This document shows, piece by piece, positions 8,107 to 17,112 of a DNA stretch of 24,811 nt. Position numbers and translations under genes: made by a program. The notes under the pieces are model-generated. The model saw only the letters and a list, made by a program, of their open reading frames with translations. It made no database searches and had not been told where the DNA came from. This DNA is from a virus (Duplodnaviria; Heunggongvirae; Uroviricota; Caudoviricetes): IMG/VR virus record IMGVR_UViG_2537561977_000030, positions 1 to 24,811 of that record; one strand, given 5' to 3'. Each line of letters starts with the position of its first letter. The first letter of the stretch is position 1.

Positions 8107-9240
8107 TCACCGTCGATGTACTGCCATCCGGGTGATAAACCGTGAGTTTCTGAGTTTTTGTTTTTTCCCTCTTGTGACTGGCCCCCGTGCCACTTCCAGC
8201 TCGGTGGTGTAGCCGCTGTTACGCTCAAACGCATGGCGGGCAGTGGTTATGAGCCATGGCCCGGATAACTGTCCAAAGCCCACCAGTTCAATTTTGTTGC
8301 CTGCTGTCAGTTGAGGCGTTCCCGTCAGCGTCAGGGAGCCGTTCTGCTGATATTCGTTATGTCTGGCCAGTGCTGAATCCGCTTTAATCCGGGCACTGTC
8401 CGGGTCGCTGACGCGGCTGTTAACTTTAAGTGAGTCAGCGCTGGTAACCTTACCGCCTTTGAGCTTTTTGTCGCTTTCACGGGTACCACCATCAGCTTCG
8501 TAGACGATCAGTTTTTTACTGCTGCTTTTCTGGTGTTTTACCTTTGCAGATTTATAGACCCGGTTGATGGTGTCACGCAGGGAAAAGCGGGCCACATCCT
8601 GCGGTTTTAACTGCCTGACCGGCTCCTGACTGCGCAATGTGGCCAGATGAGAAAAAATCAACTGGTCACTGACCACTTTCACTGCATAACCATACCCGCT
8701 GGCCAGCCGGCGCAGAAAACCCACGTCGGTTTCAGCATACTGGGTCACCCGGTCGATTCTGATGGACTCAATGCTGCCCACCAGTTTCAGTCGGTGCTTT
8801 CTGGCAATCCGCCCCGCAACAGCTGCCAGCGTGGTGTTCTCAAAACCACGGCTGGATTTAGTCCGCAGAGCACTGTTAACCGAGGTGGCCACCCCACGGA
8901 TAGCGACAACGGACGCGGGCGAACTCACTTCGATCTCGTCTATTGAGAATGTACCGCAGGACAGCAGTTTCTCGCCCTGATAACCCATTTTCAGCGTCAG
9001 CGTGTCACCCTTGCCCGGATACCACTTATCCAGCCAGCGGCCATCGGTGTCGTCCAGCTCCACCTCAATGGTATCGGACTCATTTTTGATGTTATCGCTC
9101 CAGACCACACGGGTGACATAAGGCGCGATATCAGAGGTGATATTTTTCTGCAGATACCACAGCGTGAACACCGGCGTCAGCACCTCGCTGACGCCGGTTA
9201 ACGCTGATGTGGCTTGCGCAGTGCTGTTTATCTCAGCCAT
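8107..9240 (-). CDS. Tail/baseplate hub protein (P2 gpD / Mu gp44-like)
   Basis: 377 aa; C-terminal ...GNKIELVGFGQLSGPWLITTARHAFERNSGYTTELEV resembles the gpD family; position after X and U. Confidence 0.7.
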   Translation of the reverse strand: MAEINSTAQATSALTGVSEVLTPVFTLWYLQKNITSDIAPYVTRVVWSDNIKNESDTIEVELDDTDGRWLDKWYPGKGDTLTLKMGYQGEKLLSCGTFSIDEIEVSSPASVVAIRGVATSVNSALRTKSSRGFENTTLAAVAGRIARKHRLKLVGSIESIRIDRVTQYAETDVGFLRRLASGYGYAVKVVSDQLIFSHLATLRSQEPVRQLKPQDVARFSLRDTINRVYKSAKVKHQKSSSKKLIVYEADGGTRESDKKLKGGKVTSADSLKVNSRVSDPDSARIKADSALARHNEYQQNGSLTLTGTPQLTAGNKIELVGFGQLSGPWLITTARHAFERNSGYTTELEVARGPVTRGKKQKLRNSRFITRMAVHRR

Positions 9241-9443
9241 GGGGCAATATCCTCTTCTGTGCGGGCATCTTCAGCCTCAATAACCGGGATCAGTAACAAC
9301 ACCCCGGAGGGCAGCACCGGCGTAATGGCCACGTGCGGATTGGCGGCAATAATCCGGGGATAGCCCAGCGGGTCACCGTAGTACTGCCATGCCAGCGAAT
9401 CCCAGCGCTCTCCGTCACGGGTAATATGTTCAAGAAACATCAC
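9228..9443 (-). CDS. Tail protein X (small, LysM-like)
   Basis: 71-aa ORF between the U-like and D-like genes, overlapping both. Confidence 0.6.
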   Translation of the reverse strand: MMFLEHITRDGERWDSLAWQYYGDPLGYPRIIAANPHVAITPVLPSGVLLLIPVIEAEDARTEEDIAPWLR

Positions 9444-10324
9444 ACACTCCTCGTCAGTATTCTGGCGGCCATTGCACTTAATCCCGGAGACATGCGGTTG
9501 AATGCTGTGCCAGCGGCGTTAAGCTGCCCGGAAACGGTATCCAGAGCACCTGCAATATTTCTTTTGTCCACACCACTCAGCGCAGACTGCGCTTGCTGTA
9601 CATACGTGGCTGCCTCACTGGCTGTTCTGGCCAGACTGATGGCTTCGGGCATGGATTCAGAGAGTGCATTAAATGCCGGAACACTTTTCCCCAGAGCTCC
9701 GGATATATTACCCAGTCCGCTCATCAGTCCCGGCACACGGGTCAGTGCGACAACGGGGTTACCCTTCATTTTCTGCGCCACCCGAACAGCACTGATAGTG
9801 GTCTGGAGTACAGACTGCGCCTGTTTCGCACAGTTGACGCCGTTACGGACGAACTGCGCCACCCCGGAAGGCGATGGAACAGCACCAGATACGGCCCCGG
9901 CACCGGGAACCTGCCTGCGTATTGCCGGCGGTTGCAGAGGATTTTTCGGGTCACCGGTGTATTCCCGGAGAGACACGGTGGCACTGACAGCCAGCACGTT
10001 ACCGGTGCTGTCTGTCTGCTCACTGGTTGCGGTCACATCGGTAATCACGAACCAGCCGCGATAGTCACCGTTGCCGAAGACCAGTGCCAGTGCCTGATGG
10101 GCCTTCATGGCTGTTCGCACTCTCGCCAGCTCCACGTCGGGCACACAATAATGCTGATGGAAGACCAGGCTTATCTGGATTTCGTCCAGCCTGTCGCCGA
10201 CGAACTGCAGGCCGGGTTTACCCCCGATGCGGGCATGCTCCGCATAATCGACGCCGGACGTGGCCTCGAAGCCGTCCCAGTAGGTAATCAGCTCAAACTC
10301 AATATCACCCAGTACGGCAAACAT
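9440..10324 (-). CDS. Tail protein (P2 gpU-like / Mu N DNA-circulation N-terminal type)
   Basis: 294 aa; N-terminal FAVLGDIEFEL...RIGGKPGLQFVGDRLDEIQISL... resembles the gpU family. Start shares a base with the tape-measure stop. Confidence 0.55.
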   Translation of the reverse strand: MFAVLGDIEFELITYWDGFEATSGVDYAEHARIGGKPGLQFVGDRLDEIQISLVFHQHYCVPDVELARVRTAMKAHQALALVFGNGDYRGWFVITDVTATSEQTDSTGNVLAVSATVSLREYTGDPKNPLQPPAIRRQVPGAGAVSGAVPSPSGVAQFVRNGVNCAKQAQSVLQTTISAVRVAQKMKGNPVVALTRVPGLMSGLGNISGALGKSVPAFNALSESMPEAISLARTASEAATYVQQAQSALSGVDKRNIAGALDTVSGQLNAAGTAFNRMSPGLSAMAARILTRSV

Positions 10325-12801
10325 CAGCGGTACTCCTTACGTTGTTTCTGAGCCAGCAGACGCTCCAGCATTTTTTCCAGCTCATGCAGGCTCATATTCA
10401 GGGCTCCAGTCAGCCCGGCAGGCGCTGCGGTTTCCTTACCATTGAGGAAAAACTGAGGATTAAAGCTGACCTGGATACCGCCAGACGCTCCACCGCCAGT
10501 TGCAGTTGCGCCACGGCCTGAATATCCGGCAGCCATGATTTCCGGCGACGGGATACGGGGAACATCCGGTGTCATTTCAGCGGCCAGGCGCTGCCCGGCC
10601 AGTGCAGCAAGCGGAGTGGTTCGCTGCAGGCCAATGGCGGCACCCTGCGCGATATTGTCACCAAAGCCCATAAACACGCGACTCGGCGAATGGATGCCCA
10701 GCTTTTCGCTGAACCAGTCACTGATGCTGTCACCCATTCCGGTTACGCTGGTTTTGAGCGACTCCCATTTGTTTCTGATGCCATTTATCAGCCCGTCGAT
10801 AAGATGACCACCGAAGTCGGTGAACTTCGCCGGCAGATCAACGCCGAGATATTTCAGCGCAGCCGCAAAGGCTTTATAAAGCAGCCCCGCCGGAGACCAG
10901 TTAACCAGCAGTTTACCAGTTCCCGCGATGCCGCCGTTAAAGGCTTCCTGAATGTCAGCCCAGCGCTGTTTAAACCAGCTACTGACTGCGCCCCAGTTGT
11001 GGTAGATAAGGTAAGCTGCTGCCGCAACGGCGGTGATAACGAGACCGATGGGATTCATCATCAGCGCCCGGCCAATCCAGAGAACGGCGCGTGCAGCAAT
11101 CATAAAACCGCGAACGAGGCTGCCCGTCAGAACTTTGCTGAGTTTCAGTCCTCCGCGGGTCAGTCGGCTGAATCCAGTGACAAGCCAGCGTAATTTGCCA
11201 CCTTCTCCGAGTGCGGTAGTCAGTCGACGCCAGTTGGTCCGGAGTAAAACAGCAGTTTTCCAGACGTTCACAAAGGGGGAAATAAGAAGATTCAGCCCCA
11301 GTTTGAGGCCAATAGTCGCTATCTTAATCGCAAGGAGCGCACTGATGAGCTTAAAAGCCCCACTGACAAATTGCGGGTGAGTCGCCACCCAGTGTTTTGC
11401 CCCCTGAATGAGTGGGATCAACTCCTGTGCCAGAGAAATAAAAGAGGGGGCGAGCTGATCGCCCAGCGTAATAGCCAGATCGCGACTGCTGACCATAAGC
11501 GCTTTAGTGGCTTCAGAGGGAGATTTCAGCCGCTGATCGTAAGCACTGGCAAGCAAATCGTTATCCGCAGCCCTGAGGGCACCGGCACGAATCTCGCGGT
11601 ACCTGTCCATGTTGGCCAGCATCGGGCGGATAAACGCCATGACCTGCATATCCGCGAACATATCGCCCAGACCAAAGTTTTTTGCCAGAGCCTGAAGTGC
11701 CTCATCTCTTGCCGTATCATTTTTTATTTTCATGGCGGATTTGAACCCGGCCAGAGCTTCGGGGCTTTTTGTATTGAGGTAACGCTCTATAACACTCAAC
11801 ATCCCTTCAATCGGAGAGATCCCCGCAGCCTTATAACTCGCAATAGATCCCTGCAAATCAATACCCAGGTCAGCAAACTGTTTCTGAGTATCGCGGGCAA
11901 AAATTTTGGTAAGAAAGTTTTTAAAGTTATTGGCCGCTTCGTCGGTGGAGCCCGCACCGATTTTTGCTATCTGGAGACTGGCCCCGATTTCAGCAACAGC
12001 CTCTTTTCCACTGGCAACGCCCGCCATCATTGGGGCCAGGGACTGCATCCATTTGACCTGATCCGGAATTTCAAATGACCCCTGATCACCGGCATAAGCC
12101 ATAATATTCTGGACGGCACCAAAATCTCTGGCGGCACCTTTCAGGGAGTTTTGCCAGACAGCGGCCACTTTTGCCCAGTCCTGAGATGACGTGCGTGTTG
12201 CCGTTGCCGCGCGGGCAATATCCGGCATCAGAAAACCGATATCTGACAAGTTATCAATATTGTCGCTGATGAGCGAACCCACCGCCTCCTGCAGCTCATC
12301 CTGATACTGATTGTATTTAAGTGCCCAGCCTTTTATCTGTCCGGCAAGTGCATCCCGCGTTTTATTGTCATATTTTGCGGTGATCGACATATCAATCATT
12401 TTGTCCTGAAAAGACATGGACTGCTGAACGGCCGGGGAAACCGTATGATAAACAGTCTGTGTCATGCCATACGCTTCAAGTCCCTGACCATACAGCGCCA
12501 TGCGGTTAGCTTTCAGCGCATCACTGGTCGCTGATGCCGCTGACAGGCGGCGCTGCTGGCGCTCAATTTGCTCCATGGTGCGGCTTACCCGCAGCAGCTC
12601 GCTGTTGAGACGCTGCATCCGGGAAGAACCCAGTTGACCATAACGTTCTGTTGCACGGGTTAAAGCGTTCTGACGTTCCTGCAGGCGGCGTGAGGTATCG
12701 CTCAGGGAATCAAGCGCACGGCGGGTACCGCTCATTGCAGAACGGAATGTGCTGCCAATCATCCCGCCGATAACAACGCCGACTGAAAACTGTCCCGACA
12801 T
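10324..12801 (-). CDS. Tail tape measure protein
   Basis: 825-aa ORF with an alpha-helical, Ala/Gly-rich central region and hydrophobic segments, placed between chaperone and baseplate genes. Confidence 0.85.
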   Translation of the reverse strand: MSGQFSVGVVIGGMIGSTFRSAMSGTRRALDSLSDTSRRLQERQNALTRATERYGQLGSSRMQRLNSELLRVSRTMEQIERQQRRLSAASATSDALKANRMALYGQGLEAYGMTQTVYHTVSPAVQQSMSFQDKMIDMSITAKYDNKTRDALAGQIKGWALKYNQYQDELQEAVGSLISDNIDNLSDIGFLMPDIARAATATRTSSQDWAKVAAVWQNSLKGAARDFGAVQNIMAYAGDQGSFEIPDQVKWMQSLAPMMAGVASGKEAVAEIGASLQIAKIGAGSTDEAANNFKNFLTKIFARDTQKQFADLGIDLQGSIASYKAAGISPIEGMLSVIERYLNTKSPEALAGFKSAMKIKNDTARDEALQALAKNFGLGDMFADMQVMAFIRPMLANMDRYREIRAGALRAADNDLLASAYDQRLKSPSEATKALMVSSRDLAITLGDQLAPSFISLAQELIPLIQGAKHWVATHPQFVSGAFKLISALLAIKIATIGLKLGLNLLISPFVNVWKTAVLLRTNWRRLTTALGEGGKLRWLVTGFSRLTRGGLKLSKVLTGSLVRGFMIAARAVLWIGRALMMNPIGLVITAVAAAAYLIYHNWGAVSSWFKQRWADIQEAFNGGIAGTGKLLVNWSPAGLLYKAFAAALKYLGVDLPAKFTDFGGHLIDGLINGIRNKWESLKTSVTGMGDSISDWFSEKLGIHSPSRVFMGFGDNIAQGAAIGLQRTTPLAALAGQRLAAEMTPDVPRIPSPEIMAAGYSGRGATATGGGASGGIQVSFNPQFFLNGKETAAPAGLTGALNMSLHELEKMLERLLAQKQRKEYR

Positions 12802-12876
12802 AGTGGTTAACCTCCGGGGAAGGTGAAAAGACGTGGGGGGATAACGCAGAACAGCCGCTGCTGGCGGCTGTCTGTA

Positions 12877-13134
12877 CTATGATTTGTCGCCGTACTCGCT
12901 TCTGATTTGCTCTTCAGCCTGCTCCAGCCACATCTCCAGATCGTCAGTATCGAGGGCATCAATCTCCCCCGGCTGAAACCTGAACCACCTTGCCAGCAGC
13001 CCCTGCGCCTGCGTCAGCGCCTTCGTTGCTCTCACCCATCCCCGTGACGAGCTGAAATCGTTTCTGCAACTGCAGGTAATCAGCCAGGTCCATATTGTCG
13101 AGATCTTCCGGGAGAAGACCAGTACTGCGGGCAA
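12877..13134 (-). CDS. Frameshift-extension ORF of the tail assembly chaperone (E'-like)
   Basis: Overlaps the chaperone ORF in the +1 (equivalently -2) frame and ends just before the tape measure, the position conserved for chaperone frameshift products. Confidence 0.5.
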   Translation of the reverse strand: MPAVLVFSRKISTIWTWLITCSCRNDFSSSRGWVRATKALTQAQGLLARWFRFQPGEIDALDTDDLEMWLEQAEEQIRSEYGDKS

Positions 13135-13294
13135 TCAGCGGTTCGTCCCAGTCAGCCGGGTTTTTGCTGATTTTACGTACTTGCTTCAGGTCTTTGACCG
13201 TCAGACGTTTCAGTTCAACCAGCTCAATTCTGGTGCCTGCAGCAGTGGTGAAGGGATAAGACAGCGTAAAAATATCGGATGAGGTCTGTGACAT
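12959..13294 (-). CDS. Tail assembly chaperone (P2 gpE / Mu gp41-like)
   Basis: 111-aa acidic ORF directly upstream of the tape measure; AGGAG 7 nt before the ATG. Confidence 0.65.
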   Translation of the reverse strand: MSQTSSDIFTLSYPFTTAAGTRIELVELKRLTVKDLKQVRKISKNPADWDEPLIARSTGLLPEDLDNMDLADYLQLQKRFQLVTGMGESNEGADAGAGAAGKVVQVSAGGD

Positions 13295-13345
13295 GATGTG
13301 CTCCTGTGTAAGTTCAGGGCAGTATGTCGGGAGAAGCGCGTGACG

Positions 13346-13366
13346 GATATTAAAGGAGATTAAGAA
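13346..13366 (-). promoter_or_regulatory. Conserved 21-bp motif, copy B (candidate late promoter upstream of the chaperone gene)
   Basis: GATATTAAAGGAGATTAAGAA; on the minus strand it follows the hairpin at 13371-13384 and precedes the chaperone ATG by about 50 nt. Confidence 0.4.
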
Positions 13367-13370
13367 GAAG

Positions 13371-13384
13371 GGGCCGGAGCCCCT
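13371..13384 (-). terminator. Hairpin followed by a T-rich tract on the minus strand, downstream of the 73-aa ORF
   Basis: GGGGCCGGAGCCCC has a 5-bp GC stem and is followed on the minus strand by TTCTTCTT. Confidence 0.4.
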
Positions 13385-13390
13385 GTGATG

Positions 13391-13612
13391 TCAGCAAGTG
13401 CGAAAACCCTTGCAGTTACGCAGGAAAGCGATGAGAAGCGTCTTTCCCTCCGCTTTGCCTGTGCCGGAGAACCAGTGGTCGGGCGGCTCCCATGCTTCAA
13501 TCAAATCGGCCAGTTTGCGGGCCTTTGAACGTGTGCAGTCAATCGGGTCATTGGTTTTACGGGTGTTACCCCCCGGAATATCAAGGAGGGTAAACCACGT
13601 ACCATTTGACAT
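13391..13612 (-). CDS. Hypothetical 73-aa protein between tail tube and chaperone (possible moron)
   Basis: ORF only; weak ribosome-binding site; has its own downstream hairpin; sits where this tail-module layout normally has no gene. Confidence 0.35.
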   Translation of the reverse strand: MSNGTWFTLLDIPGGNTRKTNDPIDCTRSKARKLADLIEAWEPPDHWFSGTGKAEGKTLLIAFLRNCKGFRTC

Positions 13613-13663
13613 GCCCGGTGACGCACAGCGCCCCCCCTTTGTCAGTCAGTTCAACGCTCACCG

Positions 13664-14185
13664 TCAGCCCCCGATATTGATACGGTAGTCAGTCAGCTGG
13701 TCAACGCCACCGACCCGGAAGATGTTGGCCAGATAGTCCAGTTGCAGCAGCTCTTCACCATCCAGTACCTGTCTGATATACGTGCAGGTGAAGCTACTGG
13801 AGAACTCGGCGTTCTCGTGCTGTTTGAACGTCCCCAGCGGGTTCTTCTTGAACATAATCGTCAGGAAGGTGACCAGCGGGATTTCGTCGATCAGCCCCTG
13901 CGAACTGTAGCGCTGGACGCTTGAGCGACACTGCAGCGCCAGCGACCTGTACGGGTTCGCGGCAGACAGCATCGCATCGCGGTAAAAGCTGTTCCATTTG
14001 ATTTCGCCTTCCAGTTTGTCAAAACCAGCCGGGAGTTCCACCTTACCCACCATCCCCAGTGCCTTGTGTTCCTGCATAATCATGGAGACATCGGGGAGTT
14101 TAACTTCCTCAGCCCGTCCCAGCAGGTTAGTACCATCCAGATAGATGTTGGCATTCGTGATTCGGTTTATCTCAATCTTTGACAT
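13664..14185 (-). CDS. Tail tube protein (Mu gpM / P2 FII-like)
   Basis: 173-aa ORF immediately after the sheath gene; start shares a base with the sheath stop. Confidence 0.8.
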   Translation of the reverse strand: MSKIEINRITNANIYLDGTNLLGRAEEVKLPDVSMIMQEHKALGMVGKVELPAGFDKLEGEIKWNSFYRDAMLSAANPYRSLALQCRSSVQRYSSQGLIDEIPLVTFLTIMFKKNPLGTFKQHENAEFSSSFTCTYIRQVLDGEELLQLDYLANIFRVGGVDQLTDYRINIGG

Positions 14186-15618
14186 CAGTTGCCCCCTTTC
14201 AGGGTTAACAGGTATTCCGAGGTGATCTCCGTCTCATACGTCAGCCGCTCCAGCGGTGGCGGCGGCGTGTATTTGTAGCTCAGCAACAGGTGACCGGCGG
14301 CCAGCTCCGTCTCCGGATTGCGGGCCGGATCAAACCAGCAACGGAAGCCCAGTACCGCACCATCACCAGTCATTTTGCGACCGTAGGCGTTGACCGACTC
14401 CGTCAGTGCATCAATCAGCGCCTGAGTAATCGGCATGTCGATGTACTGCTGGCTGAAGTAACGAATGGACTCGTTGATCACATCACCGGTGCGGCGAACG
14501 TTCTCAAAGTTACGCATATGGGTGACCGTTGGCCATGCTGCCGTCCGGTTACCCCACAGACGAAGGCCGCTGCCGTAACTGCTGAATACCGTGGTGATCC
14601 CCTGTTCGTTAAGCAGGTTCACCTCGCTCTGCGGATCGTCAATCATTGCCGACAGCTGGCGCTCCACGCCGGTGATCCCCAGAATTTCCTGATTGGAGGA
14701 TGACCACCAGTACCCTTTGTCCAGGTCGACTCTGGCACGCAGGCCCGCCGCACGCTGGCTCAGTGGCTCCAGACGCTCCGTGTTTGTCACCGGGTCATAT
14801 ACCTTCACATGCGGGTAGCACAGGCGGACACGGTCAGAGCTGGTATTGAAATTAATGGTGCCTTCCGGGCCACGTCCCGCCAGAGCCTGCGCAAAAGTGG
14901 TACCAACCGGCGCATCAATATAGGTTACTGCTCCCAGTTTCTCAGCCATGGCGATAAGCTCAACCGAGACGCTGTTCTGGGTGCAGAATACCGGCGCAAT
15001 CAGGATTTTGGCGAAGTAGCCAAACAGGTTAAAACTGTCGTTAAGCAGCTTCATGCCGGTACGGTTGCCCGCCGCGTTAACGGCACCGATGATATCAGCC
15101 GGGGTGACTCTGGTCGGATCAGCATAGTTATAGCTGGCCTTCACCGTTGCATCTGCAGCAATGCTTTTACCCAGGTTAGTAATCACCCCGGTCTGTGCAT
15201 CAAGCGAGTAGTCCTGACCTTCAACATAAGGCTGACCGTCGCTGTCCGGTTTCAGTACCAGCTGCGCGACCACCGGATTAGCCAGCCGGGCTCTGCCTGT
15301 CGCCTTGTCGAACGACACATTCTCACTGACCACAGCGGTTTTATGCACAGACGGATCGAGTACGTTAATGACCAGAACGGTGCCTGCACCATGGTCATAA
15401 ATCGCATCCAGCGCCTGCGGAATGGTAAAGCCGTTGAACTGGCTGCCAAATGCTGCAGCGTCTTTCTCAGACAGGCACTGTACCAGCGTATTGACATCCC
15501 CCATTGGTGCGGTACCAATCAGGCCAATAACGGCAGATTTCACCGTTTTAACCGGGCGGGCACCGTTTTCCACTTCAATGGTTTCGGGACCATGCAGATA
15601 GTTAGCTGACATGGGCAT
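14185..15618 (-). CDS. Contractile tail sheath protein (Mu gpL / P2 FI-like)
   Basis: 477-aa ORF with sheath-like sequence, upstream of the tube gene. Confidence 0.85.
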   Translation of the reverse strand: MPMSANYLHGPETIEVENGARPVKTVKSAVIGLIGTAPMGDVNTLVQCLSEKDAAAFGSQFNGFTIPQALDAIYDHGAGTVLVINVLDPSVHKTAVVSENVSFDKATGRARLANPVVAQLVLKPDSDGQPYVEGQDYSLDAQTGVITNLGKSIAADATVKASYNYADPTRVTPADIIGAVNAAGNRTGMKLLNDSFNLFGYFAKILIAPVFCTQNSVSVELIAMAEKLGAVTYIDAPVGTTFAQALAGRGPEGTINFNTSSDRVRLCYPHVKVYDPVTNTERLEPLSQRAAGLRARVDLDKGYWWSSSNQEILGITGVERQLSAMIDDPQSEVNLLNEQGITTVFSSYGSGLRLWGNRTAAWPTVTHMRNFENVRRTGDVINESIRYFSQQYIDMPITQALIDALTESVNAYGRKMTGDGAVLGFRCWFDPARNPETELAAGHLLLSYKYTPPPPLERLTYETEITSEYLLTLKGGN

Positions 15619-15856
15619 CCTCCGTTTTCACCTCGCTGTCACCGCCGTTCCTGCGCTTTGGTGACTGCACAGCCGGTGTGCCGGCGGGTTTAGTTTCTTC
15701 AGATACCGGCGTCAGATGCTTCAGCGCCACCAGTACCTTCACGTAGTCATGCTCCTCCGGCAGGGAAACAGTCTTCCCCGGCCAGAGCAGGATTTCGGTT
15801 CCGTCCGACAGCGTGACGCCGCTGGCCGGGCCGGAATAGCGGTATTCTTTCATCAC
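15602..15856 (-). CDS. Hypothetical small protein (head-tail joining region)
   Basis: 84-aa ORF overlapping its neighbours in operon fashion. Confidence 0.5.
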   Translation of the reverse strand: MMKEYRYSGPASGVTLSDGTEILLWPGKTVSLPEEHDYVKVLVALKHLTPVSEETKPAGTPAVQSPKRRNGGDSEVKTEDAHVS

Positions 15857-16317
15857 TCGCTTTCCTCATAGTTCACTTCGGTTAACAGCGGGCCGGACGG
15901 TAAATCGCTGTCTTCGATAAAGACGCTTTCAGTCGCGAAGTCGAGGGCGTATTGCCAAAGCCCCCTGACTTCACCGATAAACACCTCGCGGGTCAGCCAG
16001 ATACGGCGGCGGCAGCCGGGCGGAGTGTGGCCACCGAGAATGCGGCGGACAGCATCCAGGACATTAATCGCCCCTTTTTTACCGTTGAGCTGGCGGAAGA
16101 CCACCGTGACGCAGAGCTGGATAGTCTGAGGCTGGATCACCGCACCGGTATCATCCGGCCTGTCGAAACGCGATCCTGCATAGCTCAGCAGCAACGCCCC
16201 GACAGAATGATTGAGGCGATATTCGGACGGCTTTTCCGGGAAGTACTCAACCTGCAGCTGAGGCAGCTTCTCGCGTAACCGGGCCAGTACCGCATCAAGG
16301 ACGGGCAGAACATTCAT
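15853..16317 (-). CDS. Mu gp37-like protein (DUF1834-type)
   Basis: 154-aa ORF in the position of Mu gp37, overlapping neighbours. Confidence 0.55.
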   Translation of the reverse strand: MNVLPVLDAVLARLREKLPQLQVEYFPEKPSEYRLNHSVGALLLSYAGSRFDRPDDTGAVIQPQTIQLCVTVVFRQLNGKKGAINVLDAVRRILGGHTPPGCRRRIWLTREVFIGEVRGLWQYALDFATESVFIEDSDLPSGPLLTEVNYEESE

Positions 16318-16763
16318 CAGTATTTCTCCAGTAAGCCGTCACGACCGCCGAAAGTGGCCGGGCGGCTGCGTACACGAAACTCTCCTGGCTCAGGCACATC
16401 TTTCTGAGTGGACGGCAGCCCCAGCGTAAGCCTGTTATCACGTAACTCCTTCAGTTGCCGCAGCGCTTCTTTGTGGTCATCCTTCACCGTATCCGGGAGG
16501 TCACCTTCCGGGCGGCGGGCGTAGAGCCGGTAACGGACCAGCGTGATGGCAATGTCCCGCAGAACGGTCGGTATCTCCGCCAGCGGCAGGATATAGCGTC
16601 CGCGCAGATGGGCATCAATCAGCTCGTCGGCATAGCGGATACAGCTCTCCACCACACGGGTATTCACTGTCGCAGGCGAGTCGAAGTCCATCTCTTCACT
16701 GGTGAGCTCGATCAGCGTTCGTTCCGGCACCTGCTCAAGCAAATCCTCCAGGGTGCAGTACAT
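16317..16763 (-). CDS. Mu gp36-like protein (DUF1320-type)
   Basis: Starts at the ATG at 16763 (MYCTLEDLLEQ...), 1 nt after the upstream gene's stop. The longer track ORF to 17033 overlaps the upstream gene and is rejected. Confidence 0.6.
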   Translation of the reverse strand: MYCTLEDLLEQVPERTLIELTSEEMDFDSPATVNTRVVESCIRYADELIDAHLRGRYILPLAEIPTVLRDIAITLVRYRLYARRPEGDLPDTVKDDHKEALRQLKELRDNRLTLGLPSTQKDVPEPGEFRVRSRPATFGGRDGLLEKY

Positions 16764-16764
16764 G

Positions 16765-17103
16765 TCACACCCCGCGCAGGATACGAATGACGTCGCCTTC
16801 ACCCCCGGCTTCATCAAGTGCAATACCACAGGATTTACCGTCGCCGGACTGCGGCACGGCTCTGGCCTGAGCATCTGACTGAACAGCCACACCACTGCTG
16901 ACCGCAGCACCGGCCTCAACAGCAATAATGCCCAGAACGCTAACCGGCGTACTGTCGCCGGTAACAGCATCCACTTCGGCAACCCCGAGCGCTGCGGCAC
17001 CGGCTTTACAGGGGGTATTATCTGCCCCGACAAAACGCTGCTGTGCCAGTTCTGCCCCTGCCGTTACGGTTGTGATCAGAATGACCTGCTGAGTGGTTCC
17101 CAT
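16765..17103 (-). CDS. Small Ala/Gly/Val-rich head protein (DUF2190-like, possible decoration protein)
   Basis: 112 aa; strong Shine-Dalgarno TAAGGAGG 4 nt before the ATG; composition typical of DUF2190-type proteins. Confidence 0.5.
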   Translation of the reverse strand: MGTTQQVILITTVTAGAELAQQRFVGADNTPCKAGAAALGVAEVDAVTGDSTPVSVLGIIAVEAGAAVSSGVAVQSDAQARAVPQSGDGKSCGIALDEAGGEGDVIRILRGV

Positions 17104-17112
17104 AACGCCTCC

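Noticed and set aside
9333-12078. Several long plus-strand ORFs (9333-10064, 9593-10351, 10690-11193, 11371-12078 and others) antisense to the U-like and tape-measure genes
   Set aside because: They lie entirely inside well-supported minus-strand structural genes, have odd Cys/Arg/Pro-rich composition and no ribosome-binding sites; typical antisense artefacts of GC-rich coding DNA.
14290-15609. Plus-strand ORFs (137 aa and 266 aa) opposite the tail sheath gene
   Set aside because: Antisense to a confidently identified sheath ORF; no independent support.
16764-17033. Upstream 90 codons of the 238-aa track ORF 16317-17033
   Set aside because: This part overlaps the 112-aa gene on the same strand in another frame. 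The DUF1320-like gene most plausibly starts at the ATG at 16763, one nucleotide after the upstream stop.
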